Assembly: GCA_051532055.1 (NCBI GenBank)
Contig: JAOPTX010000053.1
Location: 1 to 59,930, forward strand
Source of the DNA: Fibrobacterales bacterium
Lineage (GTDB): Bacteria > Fibrobacterota > Fibrobacteria > Fibrobacterales > JAOPTW01
Length of the DNA: 59,930 nucleotides
Direction: 5' to 3'
The translations under genes and the position numbers were made by a program. The notes beneath the pieces are model-generated. The model was not told where the DNA came from, ran no database searches, and was given only the letters and a program-made list of their open reading frames with translations. Positions 50,788-59,747 of the stretch are shown here, one piece after another (the stretch's first letter is position 1; each line of letters starts with the position of its first letter).

Positions 50788-53451
50788 TCAATAATACCTT
50801 ACGACAACCGACCCAGTGCGCACATGTACCGGCACCGTTAAAACAGCATCTTTAACACGGCCCTCAAAGAGCTTTTGCCCATAGATAGAATAGAGTATAC
50901 CGTGCCGTGCCCCTTCTGGAAGCCTGATTTGAGGAGCAGTACTCCTGACAACCATCCACTGCCCCTCTGAAGTATACCTTGTGTTATTAACGGCTATTGG
51001 AGTTACAGGTGCTGAACTACTACTCGTCGCATTTGAAGATGCTCCGTAGCTATTCTCCTCTTCAGTAAATACAGATGAGCTGCTGCTTATTTCGATTGCT
51101 TCACTCGATTCACTATTGACTATAGCAATTGAGAATGGATCTACCATAAGTTCCTTTTTCATATATCCGTATCCATAGGAAAGAGTTACCGTATCTTCGG
51201 GGACACTTGTAGTATTGGTAAAGTATTCTGAATGTGCCGATTCTTCATAGAGGATTACCTGAGTGATCTCTCCATTTTTTGCCGTTACCTGAACCGTCAT
51301 TTGCTCCACTGCACTATAATCAAAATTAAGCGGTGCTTTTGCTCGTATTACCATGGAGCCCTGCATCTGTTTCACCGAAAGTTCTGTATCAAAATAGGCA
51401 AGATACGCCAGGGTGAGATTAAAGGGAAGATTGTGTTGAATCCATCCTTCGGTCCAACCAATGTCTTCAATTTCCGGATGATACGGATAGTGTTCATCTT
51501 TGGGACCGCCATCAATAACAAACCGAGCATCTGCCAATCGCCCGATCCCTCCTTGATAAAAGGAATACCACCCGACATCAACCCCTTCAATTTCTTTGGG
51601 TGCGTCATACGAAAAGTGCCGGCCTGTCGGGTTTCTTCCAAAGGCGTTGTCTATGTGTGCATACACTAATTGCGTGAGTCTTTCATGCATAGTGCTATCT
51701 GAAATTACCTGCAGAGCTGCCAGCATACAGGCGGGCGTTCCTACCACATTCCCGGGTTCGTTCCACGCAGTAGGAGCATCCCCTGTTGGTACCCAACCCT
51801 CAGTATCATCCACTTTTCGAAAATCCCACATGTTATCAGATCGATTGATTGCGGTTTGTGCCCAAGCCGTAATTTTTTCTTTCAAACCAGTCGGAGCTTT
51901 TGCGGGATATTCCTTGAGCATCATTGAAAGTCCAGTCATAGTGTGAAATTCACTGACACGCTGACCCTTGGTAGTGATAGGATCATTCCAATCAAGATTT
52001 TGGATCATCCATTCTACCTGATTAAAAGCTGCGGTAAAATACTTTTCTGCATCGGCAATGCCTTCGCGCTCTGCAACTGCATACATGAGTAGGTTGGGTA
52101 TAACGGTCCGGCCAGGTGGCAGTGCTCCCTTGGTGGTTCCCATTTTTGTTTTAAGAGCCAGAAGATTGTGTTCAGGGCTTTCGTCATACATATATGATTG
52201 ATCAGCACCACTGTTTTCCCATACCGATAGGGTAAAGTCTAATACCGTCTGATAGTTTTGCTCTGGCAACCATTGCTTTAGCTGTGGCCAGGCATATAAA
52301 AAATAGGCCAACTGCGCTTTCAGATTTTCATGGGTTCTCTGTTGAGTAACCAAAATGTCAGCACCCCAGTGAATCAATTTAACGATATCGGGTGCGTCTT
52401 CAGTATAAGCGGAAAGACTCCCCCAGAGCGAACTGTTAGTAGAGGGCGCATAGGTAATTTGTGAGGGCATTCTCATATAGGCATCGGGGTTGGATACATA
52501 TTGTGGCACAAGCACGTGAAGCTCCCAGCCAAAATGATGGTCGTCTCTCCAGCCAAAATTCTGACCCCCTGGATCCTCTGTAAAAGTCCCTACCCACATG
52601 CGGCTGTCAATCATAAAGTCGATGGAATTCTGATAGGAGACTCTTTCGAGCCACCAGGCCTCGATGCGAAACGGAAAAGAGGTACTGGTATCGGCTGTGA
52701 TTACATATTCAATACTTTCCGTTGGATTAACTGGGTTGAAGCTGGTAAAGTCACCCAGATTATTATTGATCACTCCTGTATAGAGTATAGTGCCCGAGTA
52801 TTCTTCTTTGATCGAAAAAGGCGTTCCGTCTGGCAGGGTGGGGGCAGTAAACCGCTTTGGTTTATTTAGATTATAGCCACTCTGGTTTATGTATATTACA
52901 GGCACTACCACAGGTTCATTACTCTGGTATCCGGTTACCCCCGTTCCGAGCTTCGGTATTCCTATATCAGAGAGCTCCCATACAGAAACTTCATGAACCC
53001 GTGCGATTTCTGACGGTGTCTTTGATATGATGATACGCAGCGTATCGGTTCGTACTTCGACCGTAGCATCAAAAGCCACAGAAACTCCGAGGGAAGTATT
53101 ACCCGTAACCACTGCTGACGGGATTGCGGTCCACGAACCGTTACTCGCGAACTCTATTCTAAAATCATTGACGGGGTCTCGCCCTTCGTATCCCGAATAG
53201 AAATGGATGCCACCCAGCACGGTAATGCTGTCTAGGGCAATGGTAATCCTCGACTCAGCTTCTGCCGCACTCAGCCAGCGGGATTCATCCGATATTACGC
53301 CATCAACTGCATTTTCTTTACTGTAGGTTGCGCCATACACAGAACTGACGATGACCGGCTGATTAAGAGCGAGGTTTTCCGGTGCAGAAATACCGTTACC
53401 ATACATAAAAAGCAACAGGAACATAATTAATGCATGATTAGAATTTCTCAT
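50788..53451 (-). CDS. Secreted discoidin (F5/8C) domain protein with cellulase-N-Ig-like and putative alpha-barrel catalytic domain
   Basis: NLALNQPV...AVDG...SRW; INQSGY..NKPKRF; AFGRNPTG; Ser linker and C-terminal tail. Confidence 0.65.
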   Translation of the reverse strand: MRNSNHALIMFLLLFMYGNGISAPENLALNQPVIVSSVYGATYSKENAVDGVISDESRWLSAAEAESRITIALDSITVLGGIHFYSGYEGRDPVNDFRIEFASNGSWTAIPSAVVTGNTSLGVSVAFDATVEVRTDTLRIIISKTPSEIARVHEVSVWELSDIGIPKLGTGVTGYQSNEPVVVPVIYINQSGYNLNKPKRFTAPTLPDGTPFSIKEEYSGTILYTGVINNNLGDFTSFNPVNPTESIEYVITADTSTSFPFRIEAWWLERVSYQNSIDFMIDSRMWVGTFTEDPGGQNFGWRDDHHFGWELHVLVPQYVSNPDAYMRMPSQITYAPSTNSSLWGSLSAYTEDAPDIVKLIHWGADILVTQQRTHENLKAQLAYFLYAWPQLKQWLPEQNYQTVLDFTLSVWENSGADQSYMYDESPEHNLLALKTKMGTTKGALPPGRTVIPNLLMYAVAEREGIADAEKYFTAAFNQVEWMIQNLDWNDPITTKGQRVSEFHTMTGLSMMLKEYPAKAPTGLKEKITAWAQTAINRSDNMWDFRKVDDTEGWVPTGDAPTAWNEPGNVVGTPACMLAALQVISDSTMHERLTQLVYAHIDNAFGRNPTGRHFSYDAPKEIEGVDVGWYSFYQGGIGRLADARFVIDGGPKDEHYPYHPEIEDIGWTEGWIQHNLPFNLTLAYLAYFDTELSVKQMQGSMVIRAKAPLNFDYSAVEQMTVQVTAKNGEITQVILYEESAHSEYFTNTTSVPEDTVTLSYGYGYMKKELMVDPFSIAIVNSESSEAIEISSSSSVFTEEENSYGASSNATSSSSAPVTPIAVNNTRYTSEGQWMVVRSTAPQIRLPEGARHGILYSIYGQKLFEGRVKDAVLTVPVHVRTGSVVVRYY

Positions 53452-53486
53452 TCAAACTCATTCTTTAATACATGAGTTTGAATGAG
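53447..53486. promoter_or_regulatory. Perfect 15-bp inverted repeat covering the start codon of the 53451 gene
   Basis: CTCATTCAAACTCAT-N10-ATGAGTTTGAATGAG. Confidence 0.6.
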
Positions 53487-53544
53487 GTCTTTATAGGTAC
53501 AGGTACTATCCATGTAATAAAACTATATCAGTGTACGTACAATG

Positions 53545-53757
53545 TCAATACCGATTTTTGGATGAGTGAGGAGTAGGTCTCATCCATAATTCCTCTTTTA
53601 ATGGAGCAACGATCTCTTCTGAACTCATACTCTCCGAAGAAGGCGCCGACATTACTTTACCCTCACTCGATGAAGATTCAGACAGTTCTGTATCGTCACT
53701 CAAAGAAGAGCTCTGAGTATCATCCTTTTCAGGAGTATCCCTTATGGAATTACCGCA
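53545..53757 (-). pseudogene. Orphan Ser/acidic linker relic of a lost secreted protein
   Basis: 70-codon open frame ...DDTQSSSLSDDTELSESSSSEGKVMSAPSSESMSSEEIVAPL..., in a different frame from the upstream gene. Confidence 0.4.
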
Positions 53758-55415
53758 TTAGGCGATTCTTCTTTCATGCAACGAAGCGTTATTTTAAAAT
53801 CAGAGTTAAGCCCATTCGTCTCCACTGAACCACTCAAACCTATCGAAAGCGGGTTCACATCCCCAGCATAACTCGGAAGATCATTTATAAGATACACATC
53901 TGTATCAACGCCCTTTCGAGTACCGTTATTATCCATATACCCAAGTAAACTCAAATTAAATCCAAAAAGATCACTACCACCCATATCTTCACTAAGGAGT
54001 TTGAGGCCGTACTTTACATACCCTGTATTATATGCTGCACTACTTATTGTTGAGTGCTGAGATATTGTGGGTATTTTCCATCCTTCGGGACACAACGTAA
54101 ATTCACCCTCTTGGTCTCTATTCCCATAGTCCGCACCATACATTCTTCCATGAACACCACACTCTTCTGCATCTACAGCCACATCATCGCTTGCACAAAT
54201 GCTCTCGTGTCCTTCAATAGAGTAATTCAAATTTTGTGCAAACCAATAATAGTTTTTAATTTTCACCCACCGATACTCATTGCCATCTCGACTATCAATG
54301 ATGGTTCCCGTAATATCTACCGTTTCTAGTTCTGTGATAGTAAATCCCGCTTTGAGCAAATTATTATAATGCGCTCCACTTTCTACCAACTCTTCAAGAG
54401 TGTACCCCATCTCTTTGAGATCAATTACGAGTCCTCCATTGTGTATAATATGATGTAAAGCAGCACCATTTTCAAGAAATTCACTCACATGATAACCAAC
54501 CTGTGCTAGTTGATTATATGAATAACCGATCCCTGCGACACTATCAAAACTCAGAGTAGTCTGTGCAAAATCATCAATGCCAAAACCAAACTTCTTGAGC
54601 TCTTTAAGTTGATATTCATACTCCAAAAATTTATCAATAGGGATCCCTGCCTCATATAACTCTGTGCCATCATGCCTTTTGACAAGGAGTGTATCGACGC
54701 CGATCGTTGAATTAATTATTTCCAATGATGGAACACCAATTGAGACCAGTGTATCATAGTTAGCACCATGAGTAATGAGCTCATTTGCAGTCAAACCAAA
54801 GGTATGCAAATATTTTAATTGTGTCGGCTCTATACTGTAAGAGGGGCTTACCACCCAAGCATCATTCTGTTTAACAAAATCAACCTGTGCCACTGTATCT
54901 CTGTAGGCATCACCTGGTTGTCCAATGGAATTATCGGGAAAGCCAATTCCTTGCAATTGAGAAGGGGCTGCTTCACTCGATGATACTGGAGTCGCTGAAG
55001 AGAGTGGGGTATCCGAAGAAAAAGCAGCACTTGACGATACTGGAGTCACTGAAGAGAGTGGGGTATCCGAAGAAAGAGCAGCACTTGACGATAATGGAGC
55101 ACTCGAGGAAACAGTCGATACTATTTCACTACTTGACAGGATTGGTACTGTTATGACGGTATCACCACTACTAAGCGGTGTCATTGCAACAGAAGAAAGA
55201 GGCAGGGCACTTGATGATGAGCTAGGGAGCGCCTGAGGCAGGCTCGAAGAGTTTTGGGGTGCAGTCGCGCTACTCGAAAGCGAAAGTAGCGATGATGAGA
55301 GCGCTACAGGGGCACTTGAACTCATAGATGTGGTATCTTCGTTAGAATCTACTGAAAACATATTACAACCACTTAAGATTGAGAGGGCCAATAAAGTTGA
55401 ATAAAGAGGTTTCAT
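53742..55415 (-). CDS. FISUMP domain lipoprotein with Ser-rich linker and short helical repeats
   Basis: Lipobox LSGC; IDSRDGNEY...WFAQNLNY, CPEGWKIP, LRCMKE. Confidence 0.85.
   Translation of the reverse strand: MKPLYSTLLALSILSGCNMFSVDSNEDTTSMSSSAPVALSSSLLSLSSSATAPQNSSSLPQALPSSSSSALPLSSVAMTPLSSGDTVITVPILSSSEIVSTVSSSAPLSSSAALSSDTPLSSVTPVSSSAAFSSDTPLSSATPVSSSEAAPSQLQGIGFPDNSIGQPGDAYRDTVAQVDFVKQNDAWVVSPSYSIEPTQLKYLHTFGLTANELITHGANYDTLVSIGVPSLEIINSTIGVDTLLVKRHDGTELYEAGIPIDKFLEYEYQLKELKKFGFGIDDFAQTTLSFDSVAGIGYSYNQLAQVGYHVSEFLENGAALHHIIHNGGLVIDLKEMGYTLEELVESGAHYNNLLKAGFTITELETVDITGTIIDSRDGNEYRWVKIKNYYWFAQNLNYSIEGHESICASDDVAVDAEECGVHGRMYGADYGNRDQEGEFTLCPEGWKIPTISQHSTISSAAYNTGYVKYGLKLLSEDMGGSDLFGFNLSLLGYMDNNGTRKGVDTDVYLINDLPSYAGDVNPLSIGLSGSVETNGLNSDFKITLRCMKEESPNAVIP
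54982..55100. repeat. 54-bp tandem repeat (about 2.2 copies) in the Ser-rich linker
   Basis: Units start at 54982, 55036 and 55090; encode SSSAA(L/F)SSDTPLSS(V/A)TPV. Confidence 0.85.
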
Positions 55416-55648
55416 ACTATTCCTATTATGATTAAGTTGTTGTTCTTATCACAATAGTACTCTGTTCAGTGTATCTTTCTGTGCAATTGTAACAGCTACG
55501 AGTACATAGCGTACCAGTAGCGTACCAAAATTGAATTACTCATTCATATCCTTCTACCATAAATATTACAGTATCGCTGGTACGAGTAATAGATCACTAG
55601 AACAGATACCCTGCCCGGAGGCCAAGTTGAATATTAGCTCGGGTTTGA

Positions 55649-55693
55649 GAGCGGACTGGCTTCAAACAGCACCGCTCCAATGAATTGTTATCT
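55649..55693 (-). mobile_element. Truncated attC-like integron cassette site
   Basis: Minus strand at the toxin stop: AGATAAC-AATTC-ATTGGAGCGG...CCGCTC; the expected closing L'/GTTRRRY half is absent. Confidence 0.45.
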
Positions 55694-56011
55694 CAACAAC
55701 CTTGTTTCCAACAAATCTTGAAGGTCACGCCGACGATCAAGAACAGCATGAACGTACACTTTTTTATTTTCTACTTCATAAATAATACGAAAATTTTTAT
55801 AGTGTATTTCCTGATATGACATAACACTTACTTTTGATAATTCAGGAGGAATATGTCCTCTATTTGGAAATATAGACAGATTCTTTATAGTCTGTTCAAT
55901 CTTATCCAACAACTCATCCGCCGACTGGGGTGAATCTTACATAAACAAATATTGATACACTTCTTTCAGATCCTGTTCTGTATCGTCAATTAATAAAACC
56001 TGATAAGTCAT
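55688..56011 (-). pseudogene. ParE/RelE-family toxin interrupted by an in-frame TAA
   Basis: MTYQVLLIDDTEQDLKEVYQYLFM*DSPQSADELLDKIE...FPNRG..PPEL...RIIY...VLDRRRDL; stop at 55937-55939. Confidence 0.85.
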
Positions 56012-56013
56012 TA

Positions 56014-56286
56014 TTAATTCTTCACAGATGAACGGATAGATTTGAACGATTTAGTAACTGACTGAAATCGTCCTTCACTCTTACTTTTTTGACTTTGAGC
56101 TAAAATCTTAAGCAACGCAAGACTATCTTGAAGTTTTTCATAAGACTCGAGATCTTGTACAATTACCTTTGCTTCACCATTTTGGGTGATAATTACCGAT
56201 TTGTGATCTTCACATATTTCTCTCACAATTTCTGATGCGTGGGCCTTCAAATAACTAATTGGCTTTACTTGTTGGGATAATTTCAT
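56014..56286 (-). CDS. Phd/YefM-family antitoxin
   Basis: VKPISYLKAHASEI, IITQNGEAK; AGGAG RBS before ATG 56286. Confidence 0.9.
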   Translation of the reverse strand: MKLSQQVKPISYLKAHASEIVREICEDHKSVIITQNGEAKVIVQDLESYEKLQDSLALLKILAQSQKSKSEGRFQSVTKSFKSIRSSVKN

Positions 56287-56302
56287 AATGTCTCCTGACC
56301 AT

Positions 56303-56331
56303 AACATAGACTTAATTAGGGGCACCGTCAA
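56303..56331 (-). promoter_or_regulatory. Promoter of the TA operon
   Basis: TTGACG-N17-TATGTT on the minus strand. Confidence 0.6.
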
Positions 56332-56502
56332 CAGAGCACATTGTAAAAAAAGCCATAAAAGCTAGCTCACGGACGAGCAGGCAGAACTGTGAAAGATTAT
56401 ATGAAAAGACACAAGTATAACAAATGCCTTTAATGATCCCGTTCCAACAATTATTATGCATCAATAGCCACCTACGAGTAAGGGCTCCACACTTACTCTT
56501 GA

Positions 56503-56886
56503 ATCAGTAGATACAACCCAGTAGGAAGTGACTGCATCGGTACCACTCCCCCCTCTGCCTCAGACCCTGAGACTGCCCAGTCAGAGTACGATGGTCTGAG
56601 GAATTTAATTCGTCAATATAACGGCGGAAATGACAAACCGGTTGTATCGAGTGAATGGGGATATTCAAATATCAATTGGGATGGTAATGCGCTCAGTGAC
56701 CATGAACAAGCGCGACGCTTAGTGAGAATGATGTTGACCAATATTTCAAAGGGAGTCAACCTCAGTATCTGGTATGACTGGCGAAATGATGGGAATACCT
56801 ATCCAATGCAGGCCGAGTACGATTGGATTCGGTACTATGAATTAGATACCCATCCCAATGACTGGGATGAAATTTTATTTGAGTAA
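56503..56886 (+). pseudogene. 5'-truncated glycoside hydrolase relic (clan GH-A-like C-terminal part with a GH16-like tail)
   Basis: Start-less open frame ...DPETAQSEYDGLRNLIRQY...KPVVSSEWGYS...SIWYDWRNDG-NTYPMQAEYDWIRYYELD...*. Confidence 0.6.
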
Positions 56887-56921
56887 TAAGAGTTAAGGGT
56901 AACGGTAACGCTTTGGAAGTT

Positions 56922-59747
56922 TTACCGCTTAATTAAATAGACTCCCGCATTCAGTACCGGTGCGCTATTTCCAATACCACTCCATACCTTAGTACCGAGA
57001 ACTGAATACACTTCGATCTGTTTACGTGCGAATGTTACCGGTACACTCTCTCCTGCGTTCGTAATATTGAGAATTTCATATTGATTTCTCAGAGAGATTT
57101 TATTTGATGGATCAATAGGAGAAACATCATGATCATCACTCGATACATTTACCTCACTACTCTCATCTGTATCCTCTGAACTTATATCTGCTGCAGACGA
57201 CGATGGAGTATCTTCAACAGAACTTTCATCAGCAGAACTTTCACCTACATCACTTGAACTCTCATCAACAACTTCAGGAAAAACAGGATATTCATATGGC
57301 TGACGGAGATACCCACCAACTTTAGCCGTGATAAACTCTGCGCTATTATTCTCTTCATAGGTTTCACTCTCTGTACCTTCTGAATCAACAACAACTTCAA
57401 TGGCAACAGGTGTGCTGCTACTTGGTGTCCAAAAACCTGATCCTGAAAGCTCTGGATCACTACTGACCATGATCATACCACCGGCAGGAATTGGCTCAGT
57501 AATCGGACGTGATTCAGCAACCTGCTGACCATCTATAACCCACGAAACAATAATGTCATTTGCTTTCGTTGCAACGGATCCATAGTTTTTAATGGTAGCT
57601 ACTAACTGAACGTTATCACCCACTGCAGGATACCGTGGATACATATAGAGATTAACGGGCTGCAGATCACTCTTCTCTTCTTGCGCATTCATGGTAAACT
57701 GCTTTGAGATGGGGAGGCTATCAGAAGAACCGCCAACAGACACGGTATATTCACCCGAGGCGACACTGTATCCTAAAATAGATTGTTTAAAGTGGAAGAA
57801 GTCTTCTACCTCAAGAGCGAGGGTCACCTGTTTTGTTTCACCTGCAGCAATCGCTACACGCTCAAATCCTTTAAGCTCTTTTTTAGGCATCCAAATTGGG
57901 CTCGCATCATTAGTCATATAGAGCTGTACCACTTCTTCGCCGTCAACGTCTCCTGTATTTGTCACATTAAACCGTACTGAAACTCTATCACCCACCGAAG
58001 GACTCGCCGGATACATCTCAATATCGCTATATGCATAGGTGGTATAACTTAAGCCATATCCAAAAGCAAATTGATACTCTTTTTCTGTTTCATCATAATA
58101 ACGGTAGCCATCAAGATAATCGTTCGTAAAGTCGAGATCCCAATCAGGCATAAAAGACTCAGCTTTAGGCAGAGTAACGGGTAATCGTCCTGCAGGATTA
58201 TAATCCCCAAAGATAATATCAGCCATTGCATGACCACCTTCTTGTGTGGTGTAGAACGCATAGAGTAACCCCTGAATTTGATCTATAAATGGGTCTACTC
58301 CAAGTATACCCCCACTCTGAAGTACTACAACAACATTAGAATTCACCTTAGAAACTTCATCAATCATCCACCGCTGTACTTCTGGCAGTTCAATTGTTTC
58401 ACGGTCATTGCCATCATGCTCACCTTCGTGTAAATCACTGAGCCCACCAACAAATACTACATAGTCATGGGACTCTGCAAGAGAAATGGCATCAGCAAAT
58501 TGTGAGATATCTTGACCATCAATTTCACATCCTTGTAAGTGTGTCACATTCTCGGCACCTATGGCCTCTTTGAATGCTTGATATGGTGTTATGGTATACG
58601 GAGGATTCACGTGAGACGACCCACCAATGTTATACCGGGTAACATCGGCACTTGGGCCAATGAGAGCCACCGTTTTATTCTTCGGTATCGGTAATACATT
58701 TCCTTCATTCTTCAGAAGTACCATCGCCTTCTGATCTGCCTTTCTGATAAACGCTTGATGCTCTTCACTATTTACTTGTGAGATATCTGCATCGGGAAAG
58801 TTCGTATCCATCATACCAAAAAGCATTTTTGTTTTTAACACACGTTTAACCGATGCATCAAGCGTTGCCATTGTTACCGTTCCACCATCCATAGCTCCCG
58901 GAAGTACATCCCGATATTGGTTCGGATCACCTTCACCCATCAGTACATCATTGCCGGCATTAATGGCACCAGCAGCATTCCACACCGCCCACCAATCCGA
59001 CATAACAAAGAATGGGAATCCCCATCGATCTTTTAAGATATCGGTTAACAATAGTTTTGATTCATTGGTGTGTACACCGTTAATAAGATTATATGATGAC
59101 ATGACCGAGAGAGCACCACCCTCTTGCACCGCTTTTCTATAGTGATAGCCATGCTGGTCCATCAACATCTGCTCGGTGATTGCTATATCACTCTGTTTTC
59201 GGTCCCACTGCTTATTCACTGCAGTATAGTGTTTTATGGTTGCAATTACTGGATTAATCTGAATACCCTGTACTACATTTTCTGCGTATTGTCCTATCAG
59301 GTACGAGTCTTCTCCCCCTGACTCTCCAGATCTGCCATTCCGTGGATCGTGGGATAAGTCAATACTTGGCCCAAGTTGGATGTGTAGATCTGCACCTGCA
59401 AACTCTTCACCCATTGCTACACCTGCTTGATACCACATATCGTGATCCCACATGGCCGCCATTGATATCGCTAATGGAAAAACAGTGGTAGCGGTGAGTC
59501 CCGGTGCCATATTTGGTCTCACTCCGTGAGGACCGTCACCCAATTTAAACCCGGGAATACCCAGTTCAACATCATCAGCGGTACTCATAAAACCATTGTT
59601 ATTGAGTTGCTCTATTTTTTGAGTGCGCGACATAAGTGCTACGATACTATCAATACGTTCATCAATTGTTTTGGCGTTACCAAACGAAACGAGCACCGGT
59701 ATTAAAAGCGCGATACCGGGAAGTTTTTTTACTATGGTACGAATCAT
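56922..59747 (-). CDS. Secreted GH3 beta-glucosidase/xylosidase with FN3-like and CARDB-like domains and C-terminal tail
   Basis: DGPHG, DPRNGR..ES.GED, KHY, VMSSYN, VMSDW nucleophile, FGYGLSYT, ELKGF. Confidence 0.93.
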   Translation of the reverse strand: MIRTIVKKLPGIALLIPVLVSFGNAKTIDERIDSIVALMSRTQKIEQLNNNGFMSTADDVELGIPGFKLGDGPHGVRPNMAPGLTATTVFPLAISMAAMWDHDMWYQAGVAMGEEFAGADLHIQLGPSIDLSHDPRNGRSGESGGEDSYLIGQYAENVVQGIQINPVIATIKHYTAVNKQWDRKQSDIAITEQMLMDQHGYHYRKAVQEGGALSVMSSYNLINGVHTNESKLLLTDILKDRWGFPFFVMSDWWAVWNAAGAINAGNDVLMGEGDPNQYRDVLPGAMDGGTVTMATLDASVKRVLKTKMLFGMMDTNFPDADISQVNSEEHQAFIRKADQKAMVLLKNEGNVLPIPKNKTVALIGPSADVTRYNIGGSSHVNPPYTITPYQAFKEAIGAENVTHLQGCEIDGQDISQFADAISLAESHDYVVFVGGLSDLHEGEHDGNDRETIELPEVQRWMIDEVSKVNSNVVVVLQSGGILGVDPFIDQIQGLLYAFYTTQEGGHAMADIIFGDYNPAGRLPVTLPKAESFMPDWDLDFTNDYLDGYRYYDETEKEYQFAFGYGLSYTTYAYSDIEMYPASPSVGDRVSVRFNVTNTGDVDGEEVVQLYMTNDASPIWMPKKELKGFERVAIAAGETKQVTLALEVEDFFHFKQSILGYSVASGEYTVSVGGSSDSLPISKQFTMNAQEEKSDLQPVNLYMYPRYPAVGDNVQLVATIKNYGSVATKANDIIVSWVIDGQQVAESRPITEPIPAGGMIMVSSDPELSGSGFWTPSSSTPVAIEVVVDSEGTESETYEENNSAEFITAKVGGYLRQPYEYPVFPEVVDESSSDVGESSADESSVEDTPSSSAADISSEDTDESSEVNVSSDDHDVSPIDPSNKISLRNQYEILNITNAGESVPVTFARKQIEVYSVLGTKVWSGIGNSAPVLNAGVYLIKR

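Noticed and set aside
55608..55680. Possible tRNA-Sec (CTTCAAA loop within a stem)
   Set aside because: No acceptor stem, T-arm GTTCGA or CCA; the hairpin is better explained as the attC-like remnant
55496..56480. 9-bp direct repeat CTACGAGTA flanking the TA region as a target-site duplication
   Set aside because: The same 9-mer also occurs inside the CotH gene (about 44202); no transposase or terminal inverted repeats
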